A stretch of 62,935 nt of DNA, counting the filler, from Globobulimina sp. (Eukaryota): the NCBI GenBank assembly GCA_003354225.1. It is 46 parts of 46 records of this genome, joined end to end, with 100 filler letters (N's around TTAATTAATTAA, not from the genome) between each part and the next. Parts side by side here need not be neighbours in the genome. Positions count along the whole stretch, not along the records: positions 23,308 to 24,578 come from PIVH01019722.1; positions 24,679 to 25,949 come from PIVH01019723.1; positions 26,050 to 27,320 come from PIVH01019724.1; positions 27,421 to 28,691 come from PIVH01019725.1; positions 28,792 to 30,062 come from PIVH01019726.1; positions 30,163 to 31,432 come from PIVH01019727.1; positions 31,533 to 32,802 come from PIVH01019728.1; positions 32,903 to 34,172 come from PIVH01019729.1; 38 more parts are not named here. One strand, given 5' to 3'. This document shows, piece after piece, positions 24,023-34,295 of this stretch; the stretch's first letter is position 1; each line of letters starts with the position of its first letter. Both the position numbers and the translations under genes were made by a program. The notes beneath the pieces were generated by a model, which was given only the letters and a program-made list of their open reading frames with translations, was not told the DNA's origin and made no database searches.

Positions 24023-24578
24023 TTACTGCGAATCATCACCACCACGCTGCGGCAAAATAACTCTACTCGCTCTATGCTTTAATTTGCGCGGTTTCCTCTT
24101 ATAATAATATAAAACATAGGCGGCCGAAGACACCACAGACTGCGTATTGTTCACTTTGCTCGTCCTCGAATCATCCAAATGATACCACTCCCCATTCTCC
24201 AAGTTCTTGGCATACGCCGTGTAATGCCCTCCGCCCATTCCGCCCATATGATTGCTCACCGCATACAAGTCATAAATGGCGTCCTTCTTCGCGTCCTCCG
24301 ACAACAAAAACGGCGACAGGTTCAGCCCTTCGATGGGGAACTTGACCAACGTATTGATGCGGTCGCGCCAATTCCGCGTATAACTGAACCGCTTCAAATG
24401 GATAATGAACAAATCCGGACTGTCCCACAAATCGATCTTCTTACTCGCACACTTAAAGCCTTTGCACTCGCTGCAATACCAAGCGTCGTTCTCGGACAAC
24501 GTCTCCTTTTCGCAAAACGCATTGATGCACGCATCCAACTCGAAGGGTTTGCCTCTGCCCCGCCGCCCGCCGCCCATT
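24023..24578 (-). CDS. Ubiquitin-specific protease (USP4/11/15-like) C-terminus
   Basis: WYCSECK, IHLKRFSY, YDLYAVSNHMGGMGGGHYTAY (His box), AAYVLYY. Confidence 0.95.
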
Positions 24579-24678
24579 NNNNNNNNNNNNNNNNNNNNNN
24601 NNNNNNNNNNNNNNNNNNNNNNTTAATTAATTAANNNNNNNNNNNNNNNNNNNNNNNNNNNNNNNNNNNNNNNNNNNN

Positions 24679-24870
24679 GTGTTTTTCATCCCCAATATTT
24701 AATTCCCATTCAAATACTCGTTGATGCGAATCAGTTATAAATAATTTATTTTCATTGAATATTATGTCATCATATCTTGGATCAAAATTAATATTATCAT
24801 TTTTGGGAACAGGTAAACGTTGCCACAAAAATAGACCATCTGCTTGTGATGTGCTTTGAGTTTTACCCAT
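24679..24870 (-). CDS. N-terminal fragment with myristoylation-like start (MGKTQS)
   Basis: MGxxxS start; open to contig edge; divergent from the BTB gene. Confidence 0.5.
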
Positions 24871-24915
24871 TCAGTTATGTGTATTGAAAAAACTAAAAAT
24901 TACTAAACTTCCGCC

Positions 24916-25949
24916 ATGCCTGGCAAAAAAAGACCGTTTGCCGCAATGAACGATGCAAATTCTGAGAATATGAATGAAGAATCACGGAAAAGACCAAAAT
25001 TCTTTGATCGCCAATCAATCAAAGCGATTCACTCAAATATTTTCAATACAATTTCAGATAAATCATTACATGATGTCACATTTCAGATTACTGGGAATGG
25101 CGGACTCGACGACACGGAATTTACAGGCATTAAATATTTATTTTCTGCTCAATCTCCTGTTTTTAAAAACATGTTACATGGACATATGAAAGAATCATCA
25201 TATCGGATAATGTAATTATTGAAGATATTTCACCCATTGCTTTTAGCCATATTCGTGAATATTGTCATATGAGCAAACCTGAGATAGAATACAAAGATAT
25301 TTGTGATGTTTTATATTCTTCACAGAAATATATGATTTCAAATTTAATAAAATTATGTCATGATAAAATTATGAAAATAAAGAATATCAATGATTTTTTT
25401 GTCGTGATGATGGCATTCAGTAAATATGCACCTGTCACATTTCAGTAAAAAAATCAAGTTTTGTTCGGAAAAATATTGAAAAAATAGTTGAAGAGAATGA
25501 ATTTTATCATTTGGTGGTTTTTCAGGTTCAATCAATTATGAAATCCGATAAACTTAAAAATTCATATGACGCAGCAAAAAGATATTGTATGCATCATCAG
25601 CAAAAAAATATTGTATGGGAGGAAATAATGAGAAAACATTTTGTCGAATATATTAATTTTGCATGGCTAAAATCATTATATTTACTGCAAACTGTAAGAA
25701 ATGATAATGTGTTGTCAGAATCCAAATTATTGGATGCTTTGTCTGAAAAAAAATTCAATAAAATAAATTCTTCAGGTTTTTCAATGAAAAATATAACATT
25801 AACATATAACGAGATGATGACTTTGAAGATTGGAAAAAATGTGGATTTTAGGGATGAATCTGGAAAATTTATGTCTGTGAAAATGAAAGAAATATCATAT
25901 CTAGATGGAATATTTGCCATAAAATTAGAATCGGAAAATGATCCTATTA
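24916..25949 (+). pseudogene. BTB/POZ-BACK protein with at least two frameshifts
   Basis: HDVTFQI...FSAQSPVFKNMLHGHMKES; another frame continues VIIEDISPIAF...SQKYMISNLIKLC; BACK-like EFYHL...SDKL after about 25445. Confidence 0.75.
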
Positions 25950-26123
25950 NNNNNNNNNNNNNNNNNNNNNNNNNNNNNNNNNNNNNNNNNNNNTTAATTA
26001 ATTAANNNNNNNNNNNNNNNNNNNNNNNNNNNNNNNNNNNNNNNNNNNNCATCAATCCCTCCACCTATATATAATAAATAATTATACACGTAATGCCATA
26101 CAACCTAGTTTCATAATTATACA

Positions 26124-27080
26124 TCAAAGCAAACCTGAATAATATGCATCATTAACATAGCCAGCATTGAACACAAATGCATCATTATCTTGATACTCGT
26201 CATCATAGCCCCTATAAGCATTTGCTTGTTCTGTTTTCTTTGCTTTCCAAACAACCTCATCCCCAATACACTCAGTTTCCTCACTGAGGCAAATTGTAAT
26301 CCACGCATCAACGTCGCTTTTATATTTCTGATATGCTCGATTGCATTTACTTTGTGTGTTGGCGCCAGTTCTTGCGTCCAAACCAGTAAATGTTTCTGAC
26401 ACACCATCAAATTGTCCAACCTCTTTGTCGCCGCCAGAGAAACGTTTCCCATCTTTATCAAAATGAACATATAATGTCCATTCGATAGTACCTGCCGCTA
26501 TGGTTTGTTCTTTATAATATTCACAATCAATACCTTCCCCTTTTGTCGGTCTTGCTGAACATTTAATTAATTCAAACTGCTCTCCCGTAGGCCCCATACC
26601 TCTCTGTCTATCCACAATAACTGCCATTTTCTGCTCAGCAGTCAATATTCTTTCTGGTTCTATCGCTATGCGTTTGGTACGTTTTTTTTCTGAACTTTTA
26701 ACTGTTTCTGATTCCCGTATTGGTTTGGGCGCTTTTACTCGTTTTGGTGATTTTGATTGCTTTGCAATGGCTGCATCGATTTGGGATTTGTATATTGCAT
26801 ATGCTTCATCACATTTTTGTTGGGTTCTGCCGTCGGAAAATGTTTCAGATTGTATACCCATTATACCCGTTTTTCCAAGCTCCCTATCTCCAGATGGCAA
26901 ACGTATCCCTGATCTATCAAAATGAACGTATAATGTCCATCTGATGGTACGTTTCTTGGTGACTTGTGTATTGGTGAATTTACAGCTGAAACCGTTTTTC
27001 ACTTTTGAACATTTGTTGAATTTGAAATGGTTTCCTCGAGGACCTCCAAAAAGGTGTAACTGACGAATTTGTTCTGTCAT
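26124..27080 (-). CDS. Hypothetical protein with two copies of an unassigned domain of about 90 aa and a Tyr/Asp-rich tail
   Basis: WTLYVHFD(R/K)xG, GD(R/K)E(L/V)G, SETF, TQxKCxxAY each occur twice. Confidence 0.75.
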   Translation of the reverse strand: MTEQIRQLHLFGGPRGNHFKFNKCSKVKNGFSCKFTNTQVTKKRTIRWTLYVHFDRSGIRLPSGDRELGKTGIMGIQSETFSDGRTQQKCDEAYAIYKSQIDAAIAKQSKSPKRVKAPKPIRESETVKSSEKKRTKRIAIEPERILTAEQKMAVIVDRQRGMGPTGEQFELIKCSARPTKGEGIDCEYYKEQTIAAGTIEWTLYVHFDKDGKRFSGGDKEVGQFDGVSETFTGLDARTGANTQSKCNRAYQKYKSDVDAWITICLSEETECIGDEVVWKAKKTEQANAYRGYDDEYQDNDAFVFNAGYVNDAYYSGLL

Positions 27081-27420
27081 TACAAGATCTCTTACAACTG
27101 AATTATTAAAGTGAAAAACTTTACAAAAAAAGATAAATATAAAAAGGTATGATATAAATAATAAAATGCCGTGTTAAATGTCTTTTGAAAAGATAAATAA
27201 TAACATTTGGCTATTTTGGTTTTAAAACTGTATTAAATGCGAAAAACGTGACTGTTGCATATGCTCTGTTTTGAGACGAGTGACAATTGATTTTGTAGGT
27301 TTCCATTATCTCATTCATCANNNNNNNNNNNNNNNNNNNNNNNNNNNNNNNNNNNNNNNNNNNNTTAATTAATTAANNNNNNNNNNNNNNNNNNNNNNNN
27401 NNNNNNNNNNNNNNNNNNNN

Positions 27421-27606
27421 TATCATAAACCATATTGGTATTTACCTAAACGGAAAAAGAAAAATAAGGATGATGGCTTATTTGATAAATTTGATGATGC
27501 GGCCGATGCTTGGTCGGCAAAACAGTTTGGCTCTGATGTCCAACTAAAAAAAGGACAAAAAAAGAAAAAAATGAGTACTGCGGATCAAATGATGGCTGAT
27601 TTTTAA
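27421..27606 (+). CDS. C-terminal fragment of unknown protein
   Basis: Open frame YHKPYWYLPKRKKK...MMADF*. Confidence 0.45.
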   Translation, partial: YHKPYWYLPKRKKKNKDDGLFDKFDDAADAWSAKQFGSDVQLKKGQKKKKMSTADQMMADF

Positions 27607-27653
27607 TATGATAATGTAAATTGTACTAACTTTAATCCTGTCGTCTTCAATTA

Positions 27654-27868
27654 CTTTCCCTGTAGATTGGTTAGAAATGATTTGGTTTTAGAATCCGTAC
27701 ATTGATTCAGAAAATTTAGTATTAGGAAAATATTTATATTTAGACGACTGGTGGTGCGTAAGGGCGTGCTCCGCAGCAGTATTTATATTTAGAAGACTCA
27801 AGTTCAGAGTACTTTTAAAAATCTGTAAAACTAAAACGTAAACCTTTCGAACCAATCTACAGGGAAAG
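27654..27868. mobile_element. MITE of about 215 bp with TIRs and flanking TA (Tc1/mariner-type)
   Basis: TACTTTCCCTGTAGATTGGTT (27652-27672) is the perfect reverse complement of 27850-27870; internal direct repeat TATTTATATTTAGAnGACT. Confidence 0.75.
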
Positions 27869-27870
27869 TA

Positions 27871-28581
27871 TACGTTATTGGCTACAATAAAAATGGTGAA
27901 TTAGGGTTAGGACATCAAGAAAATATGACAGAATTAACAAATTGGAACAAAATCAATGAGGATATATCGGTGACAGACATTAAAACTGGAGTAGGTCATA
28001 CAATATTTACTGACAGTGACACTAATTATTGGTCTGTTGGAGCAAATGATTGTGGTCAATGTCTGCTTGATATTGCTTGTCGTTATATTCCAAGTTGCAA
28101 AAAAATTACCCACTTCGATGAGCAGCAAATAAAAATCTCCAAAATATACACAAGCATTCAAAACAAAAATTCTTTCTGCATTACAAATGAAAAGAAATTA
28201 TTCGTAAACGGAGATAGTGTGCAACCTACATTAGGTTCGTTGTGTTCAGACATCAATAACAACACAGCAATGGTTGAACAGTTACACAATGTAATTGAAG
28301 TTACGGGCGGTGCCTATCATAATATTGCAATATGTGGATCGTTTTTGCGGATAGATAGAATCACAAACATTGTGCAACATTGGTTCAACAAATATTTGCC
28401 ACCAGATCTGGTTTCAACCATTGCTAATTACTATAACATTAAAAATAAGGTACACTCGATTTGGCGCACTCGATTAATTCTGTGGGCACTGGATGATTAT
28501 GGTCAACACGGTCATGGTTTAAATGAGCCAGATCAGAACATATGGAATGTGGTGGATTGTTTTAATGATAAATTGTTGTGA
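27871..28581 (+). CDS. RCC1/BLIP-II repeat protein, probably disrupted
   Basis: YVIGYNKNGELGLGH, IKTGVGHTIF...WSVGANDCGQ, VTGGAYHNIA, YGQHGHG. Confidence 0.8.
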   Translation, partial: YVIGYNKNGELGLGHQENMTELTNWNKINEDISVTDIKTGVGHTIFTDSDTNYWSVGANDCGQCLLDIACRYIPSCKKITHFDEQQIKISKIYTSIQNKNSFCITNEKKLFVNGDSVQPTLGSLCSDINNNTAMVEQLHNVIEVTGGAYHNIAICGSFLRIDRITNIVQHWFNKYLPPDLVSTIANYYNIKNKVHSIWRTRLILWALDDYGQHGHGLNEPDQNIWNVVDCFNDKLL

Positions 28582-28913
28582 TCCTTGTTATTCCTCAATA
28601 TCATAATTACCTTTTATTATACCTTTTTTCTATTATTATATTCTATTATTATATTAATTTATTATCCTTTCCTCTTCTTTCTAATTCTCCTNNNNNNNNN
28701 NNNNNNNNNNNNNNNNNNNNNNNNNNNNNNNNNNNTTAATTAATTAANNNNNNNNNNNNNNNNNNNNNNNNNNNNNNNNNNNNNNNNNNNNTTGTACCTT
28801 TCCCATATTGTTTACTTCTAATTTGTCGCCAATCACATATAAATTAGCAATTTCTTCTCCATCATCTGACTCAAATTCATTATACTTTTTGCTTTTTTGT
28901 TTGAATTCTTCCG

Positions 28914-29912
28914 CTAAACAAACACTCCATTTTTTAGCCTGATAATGTTATTTGAGATTTTTCCATTTTCAAAAGAAATATAAGAAAAACAAACATTTTT
29001 ATCGTTCAGTGTAAACCTATCATCTTTTAATAAAAACGCTTTCAAACTTCCTAATTCTGTTTGAAAACTCTGTGTCCAATGAATTCCATTGTTTCTTTTT
29101 TTAAATTCTTTGTGCAATGCAGCTTTGGTCATGGTCAATGTATTATTATTTAATATGGAAAGAATAACCTTTGTTGCGATTGTATTTATTGCAAGAAGCT
29201 GATCTAATGACATCGATGGATAATATCGTTGCTGTAACTGAGATACTGTATGATGTGTCACGTGATTATTTACTCTCAAATACGTTATAATTTTATGATG
29301 CATCCATTGCTGCCACTGTTCGTTTGGAATATCTTCATTTAAAGCTAATTTGCACAATGACCGTACATTAAATGTTTGCCACACAGTCGCATCAATGGTC
29401 CACAGCTCATCATCTTGTAAAGCATTAAAAACTGCTGTATGAATGTGTTGCATTTCCAACACCATCTTTTGTTCATGATCAAGTTCTGCTATCTTTTGCT
29501 CGGTGTTTGTTTCTTGTCCATTATGTTTTTGCTGTTTCAATTTGTCTTTATTTTGTAATCGCATAATGATCTCCGCTGCCACCTCAATATTATAACCGCT
29601 GGTATATTCAAAATTGTTTTGATAAACCCTCAAAGCTCTTTTGATATAATGTTTTGAAAATCCGATTGAAATTAGATGTATTGTTGCGCATGCATTTTGA
29701 TATGATTTTAAATGCATCGGAACATCATTCTGCTTTTCCTCACTTAGACTAAAGCATGCTACGCAATTAAGTATGTTGGATTTATTAATAAGTGAACAGT
29801 TCGGACAGCGCCAAGATGTTTCAGTCGAATCACTGTTTGCCATACACTGATTTATGTTACTTGGAAATACAAAAAACTCAAACTGCTCAATATAATATTG
29901 AACATTAAACAC
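28914..29912 (-). CDS. RanBP2-type zinc finger + UBA-like + possible LOTUS/OST-HTH protein; coding-like frame continues shifted past the stop
   Basis: WRCPNCSLINKSNILNCVAC; LISIGFSKHYIKRAL; LGSLKAFLLKDDRF. Confidence 0.65.
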   Translation of the reverse strand: MFNVQYYIEQFEFFVFPSNINQCMANSDSTETSWRCPNCSLINKSNILNCVACFSLSEEKQNDVPMHLKSYQNACATIHLISIGFSKHYIKRALRVYQNNFEYTSGYNIEVAAEIIMRLQNKDKLKQQKHNGQETNTEQKIAELDHEQKMVLEMQHIHTAVFNALQDDELWTIDATVWQTFNVRSLCKLALNEDIPNEQWQQWMHHKIITYLRVNNHVTHHTVSQLQQRYYPSMSLDQLLAINTIATKVILSILNNNTLTMTKAALHKEFKKRNNGIHWTQSFQTELGSLKAFLLKDDRFTLNDKNVCFSYISFENGKISNNIIRLKNGVFV

Positions 29913-30163
29913 AGTAAAGCCGCGGTTCAGTTAATTCTCCGGATAACAATTAACTGGATAAATACATGAAATAAAGAAATGAAAGCTTTAACATTCTTGT
30001 TTACTGTGGTATTATTTATAGTTATTTGTAATACATCAACCGACAGAGTTAGGAGAGGAAAANNNNNNNNNNNNNNNNNNNNNNNNNNNNNNNNNNNNNN
30101 NNNNNNTTAATTAATTAANNNNNNNNNNNNNNNNNNNNNNNNNNNNNNNNNNNNNNNNNNNNT

Positions 30164-30421
30164 TACGATGCATCAAAAATATTTGTTAAAGCTGATAAGA
30201 AAGATAAGATCTGGGCAATTGGCCTTGATTTAGATGATGAAAATATTAAAGATCAATCAAATTGGATCGGAACTAATTATTCAGGTCGCGGGGTCACAAA
30301 TGTTAGAGATGCATTAATAAAAGAAAACTTATTCAAAAATAAAGCAATCATTGCATTTGTTTCTGTTGCAGTCATTGGTGCCATATATTATTTTTACACT
30401 AAAAAAACGCAACAAAATTGA
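30164..30421 (+). CDS. NADAR (YbiA-like) domain C-terminus with C-terminal TM anchor; not in ORF track
   Basis: IFVKADKKDKIWAIGL...WIGTNYSGRGVTNVRDAL then IIAFVSVAVIGAIYYFYTKK. Confidence 0.7.
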   Translation, partial: YDASKIFVKADKKDKIWAIGLDLDDENIKDQSNWIGTNYSGRGVTNVRDALIKENLFKNKAIIAFVSVAVIGAIYYFYTKKTQQN

Positions 30422-30446
30422 TTTAATAATTTGCATGAATAAGGCA

Positions 30447-31432
30447 TCAAAAATCAGAAAACTCAGAGTCATTATCACTGCCATCCTTATTTCTGTTTTG
30501 TAATGAATTCATTTTCTTGATAATTTTTTTAATTTTATCCTCGGTTAATGCATCCACAGAATATCTCTGTAAAACTTGTCTCGTTTGTTCAAATGTCATT
30601 TCTTTGTCAATTCCAGATAAGGAATCTGTTACAACCTCATCATTGTCAGTAATATCCATCATTTTTATTCCCAACACATCCATAAATTCATTCAATTGCA
30701 TTTTATTCATTGTTACAATCACTAACAAAGCTGTCAACTTTGGAAACTTATTTGCAATGTTTTGCTCAACAAACAATATATTTATATCCATTGGCTTATA
30801 ATTTGGAATTAAAAATAAGTCCTCGACATAAAACAAAGCAAACATATGTTGCAAATCATATTTTAATTGTTGCGAAGCAGAATAATAAAAACTGACATTT
30901 ATATTCAATATTTTTTCAAATAATTTATCATCAATATTTGCTGACAATTCCTTCCTTATTTTCTCAAATAATTTCAGCGGCAACGACTTAAAACATGCAT
31001 ATAACAAATCACATAATTTATAATATCCATCTTCAAATTCTGCTGCGATGCTCCCTCTTTCTATATTATTATTTATTTCTTTTTCAACATATTGGATGTA
31101 ACCAAATGTTTCGTTTAAATATTGACTGCAATCCAGCACAAATTCGTGACACATAACATCCGCTAATCCGGCCATATGTTTCTCGCACAAAGCCTCCGTT
31201 TCTACGATAAAATCCTTAAAAAATCCGTTATTTTTCAGAGTTAATTTTAATATTTTTGCTTGTGAAAGTAACCATTGTTCTGTAGCAATGATTTCAATCT
31301 CATTTATTTCATTTATTTGTAGATAATAACTCAAAGCTTTAAATGATATTTTCTCATTCCATTTGCTTAGAAACTGCGCTAAATAATGAGTGCTATTTAT
31401 CATACCGCAACAAACATTTATTTCCTTTGCAT
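30447..31432 (-). CDS. RINT1: RINT1/TIP20 family tethering subunit, 5' partial
   Basis: INSTHYLAQFLSKW, FEKIRKELSANIDDKL, SASQQLKYDLQHMFALF, FPKL, QVLQR pattern. Confidence 0.65.
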
Positions 31433-31532
31433 NNNNNNNNNNNNNNNNNNNNNNNNNNNNNNNNNNNNNNNNNNNNTTAATTAATTAANNNNNNNNNNNN
31501 NNNNNNNNNNNNNNNNNNNNNNNNNNNNNNNN

Positions 31533-32082
31533 TTCTTGCATTTAATCTAATTTTTTCAGCAACACTTGCATTGTCAAATAATTTGTGATAAATTTTGTTC
31601 TCAATCCCGTACGTAATACATCTCGTTTTTAGTTTGTTGTTGCATTCATACAATTTATTATTTTCATACTCAATGTCCGTGTCATCCACATCCATTTTTT
31701 CTTCATTCTCGTTGTCCGGTTTTAATTTGGCGCATTTCAGCATGTTTTCAAATAATTCAATGCTGCATTCCATGGTTTCCTCCTCTTCTTCGTAGCTAAT
31801 AATGTTTAAATTGTCCAAATTGTGCAAAACTTCGGCTATCTCAATGTTATATTTCTTTGTTGTATTAATATTGTTCCATTTAATCGCTTTTTGTATATTT
31901 CTTCGTATTTTGCCTCCCGTTCTGTATAATACTTCAATGTCTAATTCATTCCATATCAATTTAACAATTTTGTGGACTCCGGAAATATATGCTGGCGCGA
32001 TTAAATTCGAAATATTGCGAATGCATAAACCCCCAAAACCTTTGGAAATTGAAAAAATCTCTTTGGTTTCGTCATCAATTGT
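31533..32082 (-). mobile_element. RLE-type (CRE/R2-like) non-LTR retrotransposon fragment, post-RT region
   Basis: Frame of ORF 31477-31959 extends upstream as EIFSISKGFGGLCIRNISNLIAPAYISG; ends LFDNASVAEKIRLNAR. Confidence 0.5.
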
Positions 32083-32777
32083 TTATAGGCTTTGCTTAAA
32101 TCATTTAATTTTGCGTATTTTTCAATTCTTTGTTTTCGCGCTTTTTCTAATTTAATATCTAATTCAATGCCGTCTAATAATTTGCGTTTTTCTTTTGATG
32201 ATTGTATAGATTTTCGCACTTTTTCCATCTCGCACTCCGTATAAGCCACAGCTTTAATAATTTCATCAAAGTTTAATTCCCGAAATGCTCTCACTTTTTT
32301 CTGCATAAAATGTAAAATCTGCTGCTTATTTTCCTCATTGTCTCCCGTACCGCGGTTGTTTTCATTTAATATAATTTTAGGCGCCAAATTTAGCAATTTT
32401 TCATATAGTTCAATAATGCGGTCATCCTTTGTTGTACATATTTTCTTATACCACTCAGCTAATAAATTAGTATAATCATCCAATAATTGATTAGGAATTT
32501 TATCCATAACATTGGTACGTAATAAATTAATAAAATCGATACAATTATATTTTTCTAACTCGCCCGTTCCGTTTTTGATATTATTCGATCTGTTCAATAA
32601 TGAACAACCCGCACAGTATCCGTCTACGTCGCGGTTCAATTTTTTGTATTTAAAAATAAGATTATTTACAGTTTTTGTGTAATTATTGCATGTCTCATCG
32701 TTACATGGCTTAATATGAAATACATCGTAGATGTCGTTGTTGTTTTGATGCTGCATACAATTATGATTTTTTTTCAA
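32001..32777 (-). CDS. Hypothetical Cys-containing/coiled-coil ORF abutting the retroelement fragment
   Basis: 258-aa ORF in a different frame from the GGL motif. Confidence 0.4.
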   Translation of the reverse strand: MKKNHNCMQHQNNNDIYDVFHIKPCNDETCNNYTKTVNNLIFKYKKLNRDVDGYCAGCSLLNRSNNIKNGTGELEKYNCIDFINLLRTNVMDKIPNQLLDDYTNLLAEWYKKICTTKDDRIIELYEKLLNLAPKIILNENNRGTGDNEENKQQILHFMQKKVRAFRELNFDEIIKAVAYTECEMEKVRKSIQSSKEKRKLLDGIELDIKLEKARKQRIEKYAKLNDLSKAYKQLMTKPKRFFQFPKVLGVYAFAIFRI

Positions 32778-32950
32778 TCGTTAAAAATGTTTAATAAATC
32801 CCNNNNNNNNNNNNNNNNNNNNNNNNNNNNNNNNNNNNNNNNNNNNTTAATTAATTAANNNNNNNNNNNNNNNNNNNNNNNNNNNNNNNNNNNNNNNNNN
32901 NNCAAATTGTAATGTTTATTTTCAGTTTGAAACTTTTTATAGGAATATTT

Positions 32951-33433
32951 TTAACCTTTATGATCTTTAATATATTTCACATGAAATGATCTTTTTATTT
33001 CACTCAATGTTAAATATCCAGTTTGGTCTAAATCTAACTCGTCAAACAATGTTCGAATTGCTTCCTCTTCAGATCTCATAAAATGACAAAACTCGAAAAA
33101 ATCAATTTTGTTATCTTCATTTATATCGCAATTAATAAAAAATTGTATAATTTGATGTTCAGACACTGGGATTTTACTTTCTTTTACAATCAGAAATAAT
33201 GTATGAATGTCAATAAAGCCTTTGCCGCCGGAGAGAGTTTCAAACATTTTCCTCAAATCTTCGTTTTTTACGCCGGGCACCCACACTGTGTCAATACCGC
33301 CTAATATCTCATTCACGTTTTTATGTGCATTTATTTCTAAATGTAAATTAAAAAATTTCTGTGCGGAAGGTGTGGAATCTAATAATACTTCACGTTTAAA
33401 TTGAAAGTATGTCACCGGGTGATCTACATCCAA
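32951..33433 (-). CDS. EF-hand protein resembling the Ca-binding N-domain of SCaMC/SLC25A24 carriers
   Basis: DINEDNKIDFFEF, LFDELDLDQTGYLTLSEI. Confidence 0.75.
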   Translation of the reverse strand: MDVDHPVTYFQFKREVLLDSTPSAQKFFNLHLEINAHKNVNEILGGIDTVWVPGVKNEDLRKMFETLSGGKGFIDIHTLFLIVKESKIPVSEHQIIQFFINCDINEDNKIDFFEFCHFMRSEEEAIRTLFDELDLDQTGYLTLSEIKRSFHVKYIKDHKG

Positions 33434-33608
33434 ACCCTAACAAAACGAAAAAAACCATGACAGGTTTGGACATTTTAAGAAAGTTTTTTTTTTTTTATTA
33501 AGTTTCATCCTTTTCCAAGCATGGCACAATGGCAAACTCTTTGAAGCTGCAAATGATAAAAATTACTGCAAAAAAAGCTGGTTTTGGTGCTTGTTTAATG
33601 GGAGAGTT

Positions 33609-34143
33609 TTATTCATGGCGTGCAAGGATATAATTTGTCTTTTTTTTGTTTTTAATACATACTCTCCGTTCATTGATGTATTTAAATATTTGATGGACCC
33701 AATTTCTGTCAATGGTCCAGTAATAATGCAGCGTTATGTCATCAGTAAACTGTCGAATATCATTTGTAACATTGTCAATGGTGATGTGCTCACTGTATTT
33801 GTGCTTGTTGTCGATGAATGTAAATAAACGCTTTAATGCGGTTTCTTGATATCTGATAAATTGAGCAAATTCTACAAAGTCTATATTATCGTTTGTGGAG
33901 AAGAATTCCTTAATTTGCAATGTTGATACTGTGAATTTGTAATCTGATGATAGCTTTTGGAGTGATTGGACTGTGATGGTGCGCTCTGTTGTGATTTGTT
34001 TGTGATGTATTTATCCATATTTGGTCATTAATTTGCATGTAAAATGTATATTGAAACGTTGACAATGTGTACCATCTTGGCTGTATCGGTCAAATATCTC
34101 ACGTAATTCTGACACGTCTGGAACTGGTGCATAGATATTCATA
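33609..34143 (-). CDS. Degenerate EF-hand domain similar to 32951-33433, with an intron near 33988-34072
   Basis: ELREIFDRYS...IDFVEFAQFIRYQETALKRLFTFID. Confidence 0.55.
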
Positions 34144-34295
34144 TTGTTTGACGATTGTACTGGACATTAACANNNNNNNNNNNNNNNNNNNNNNNNNNNN
34201 NNNNNNNNNNNNNNNNTTAATTAATTAANNNNNNNNNNNNNNNNNNNNNNNNNNNNNNNNNNNNNNNNNNNNCAATCCTTCAACATTGGCAAGAA

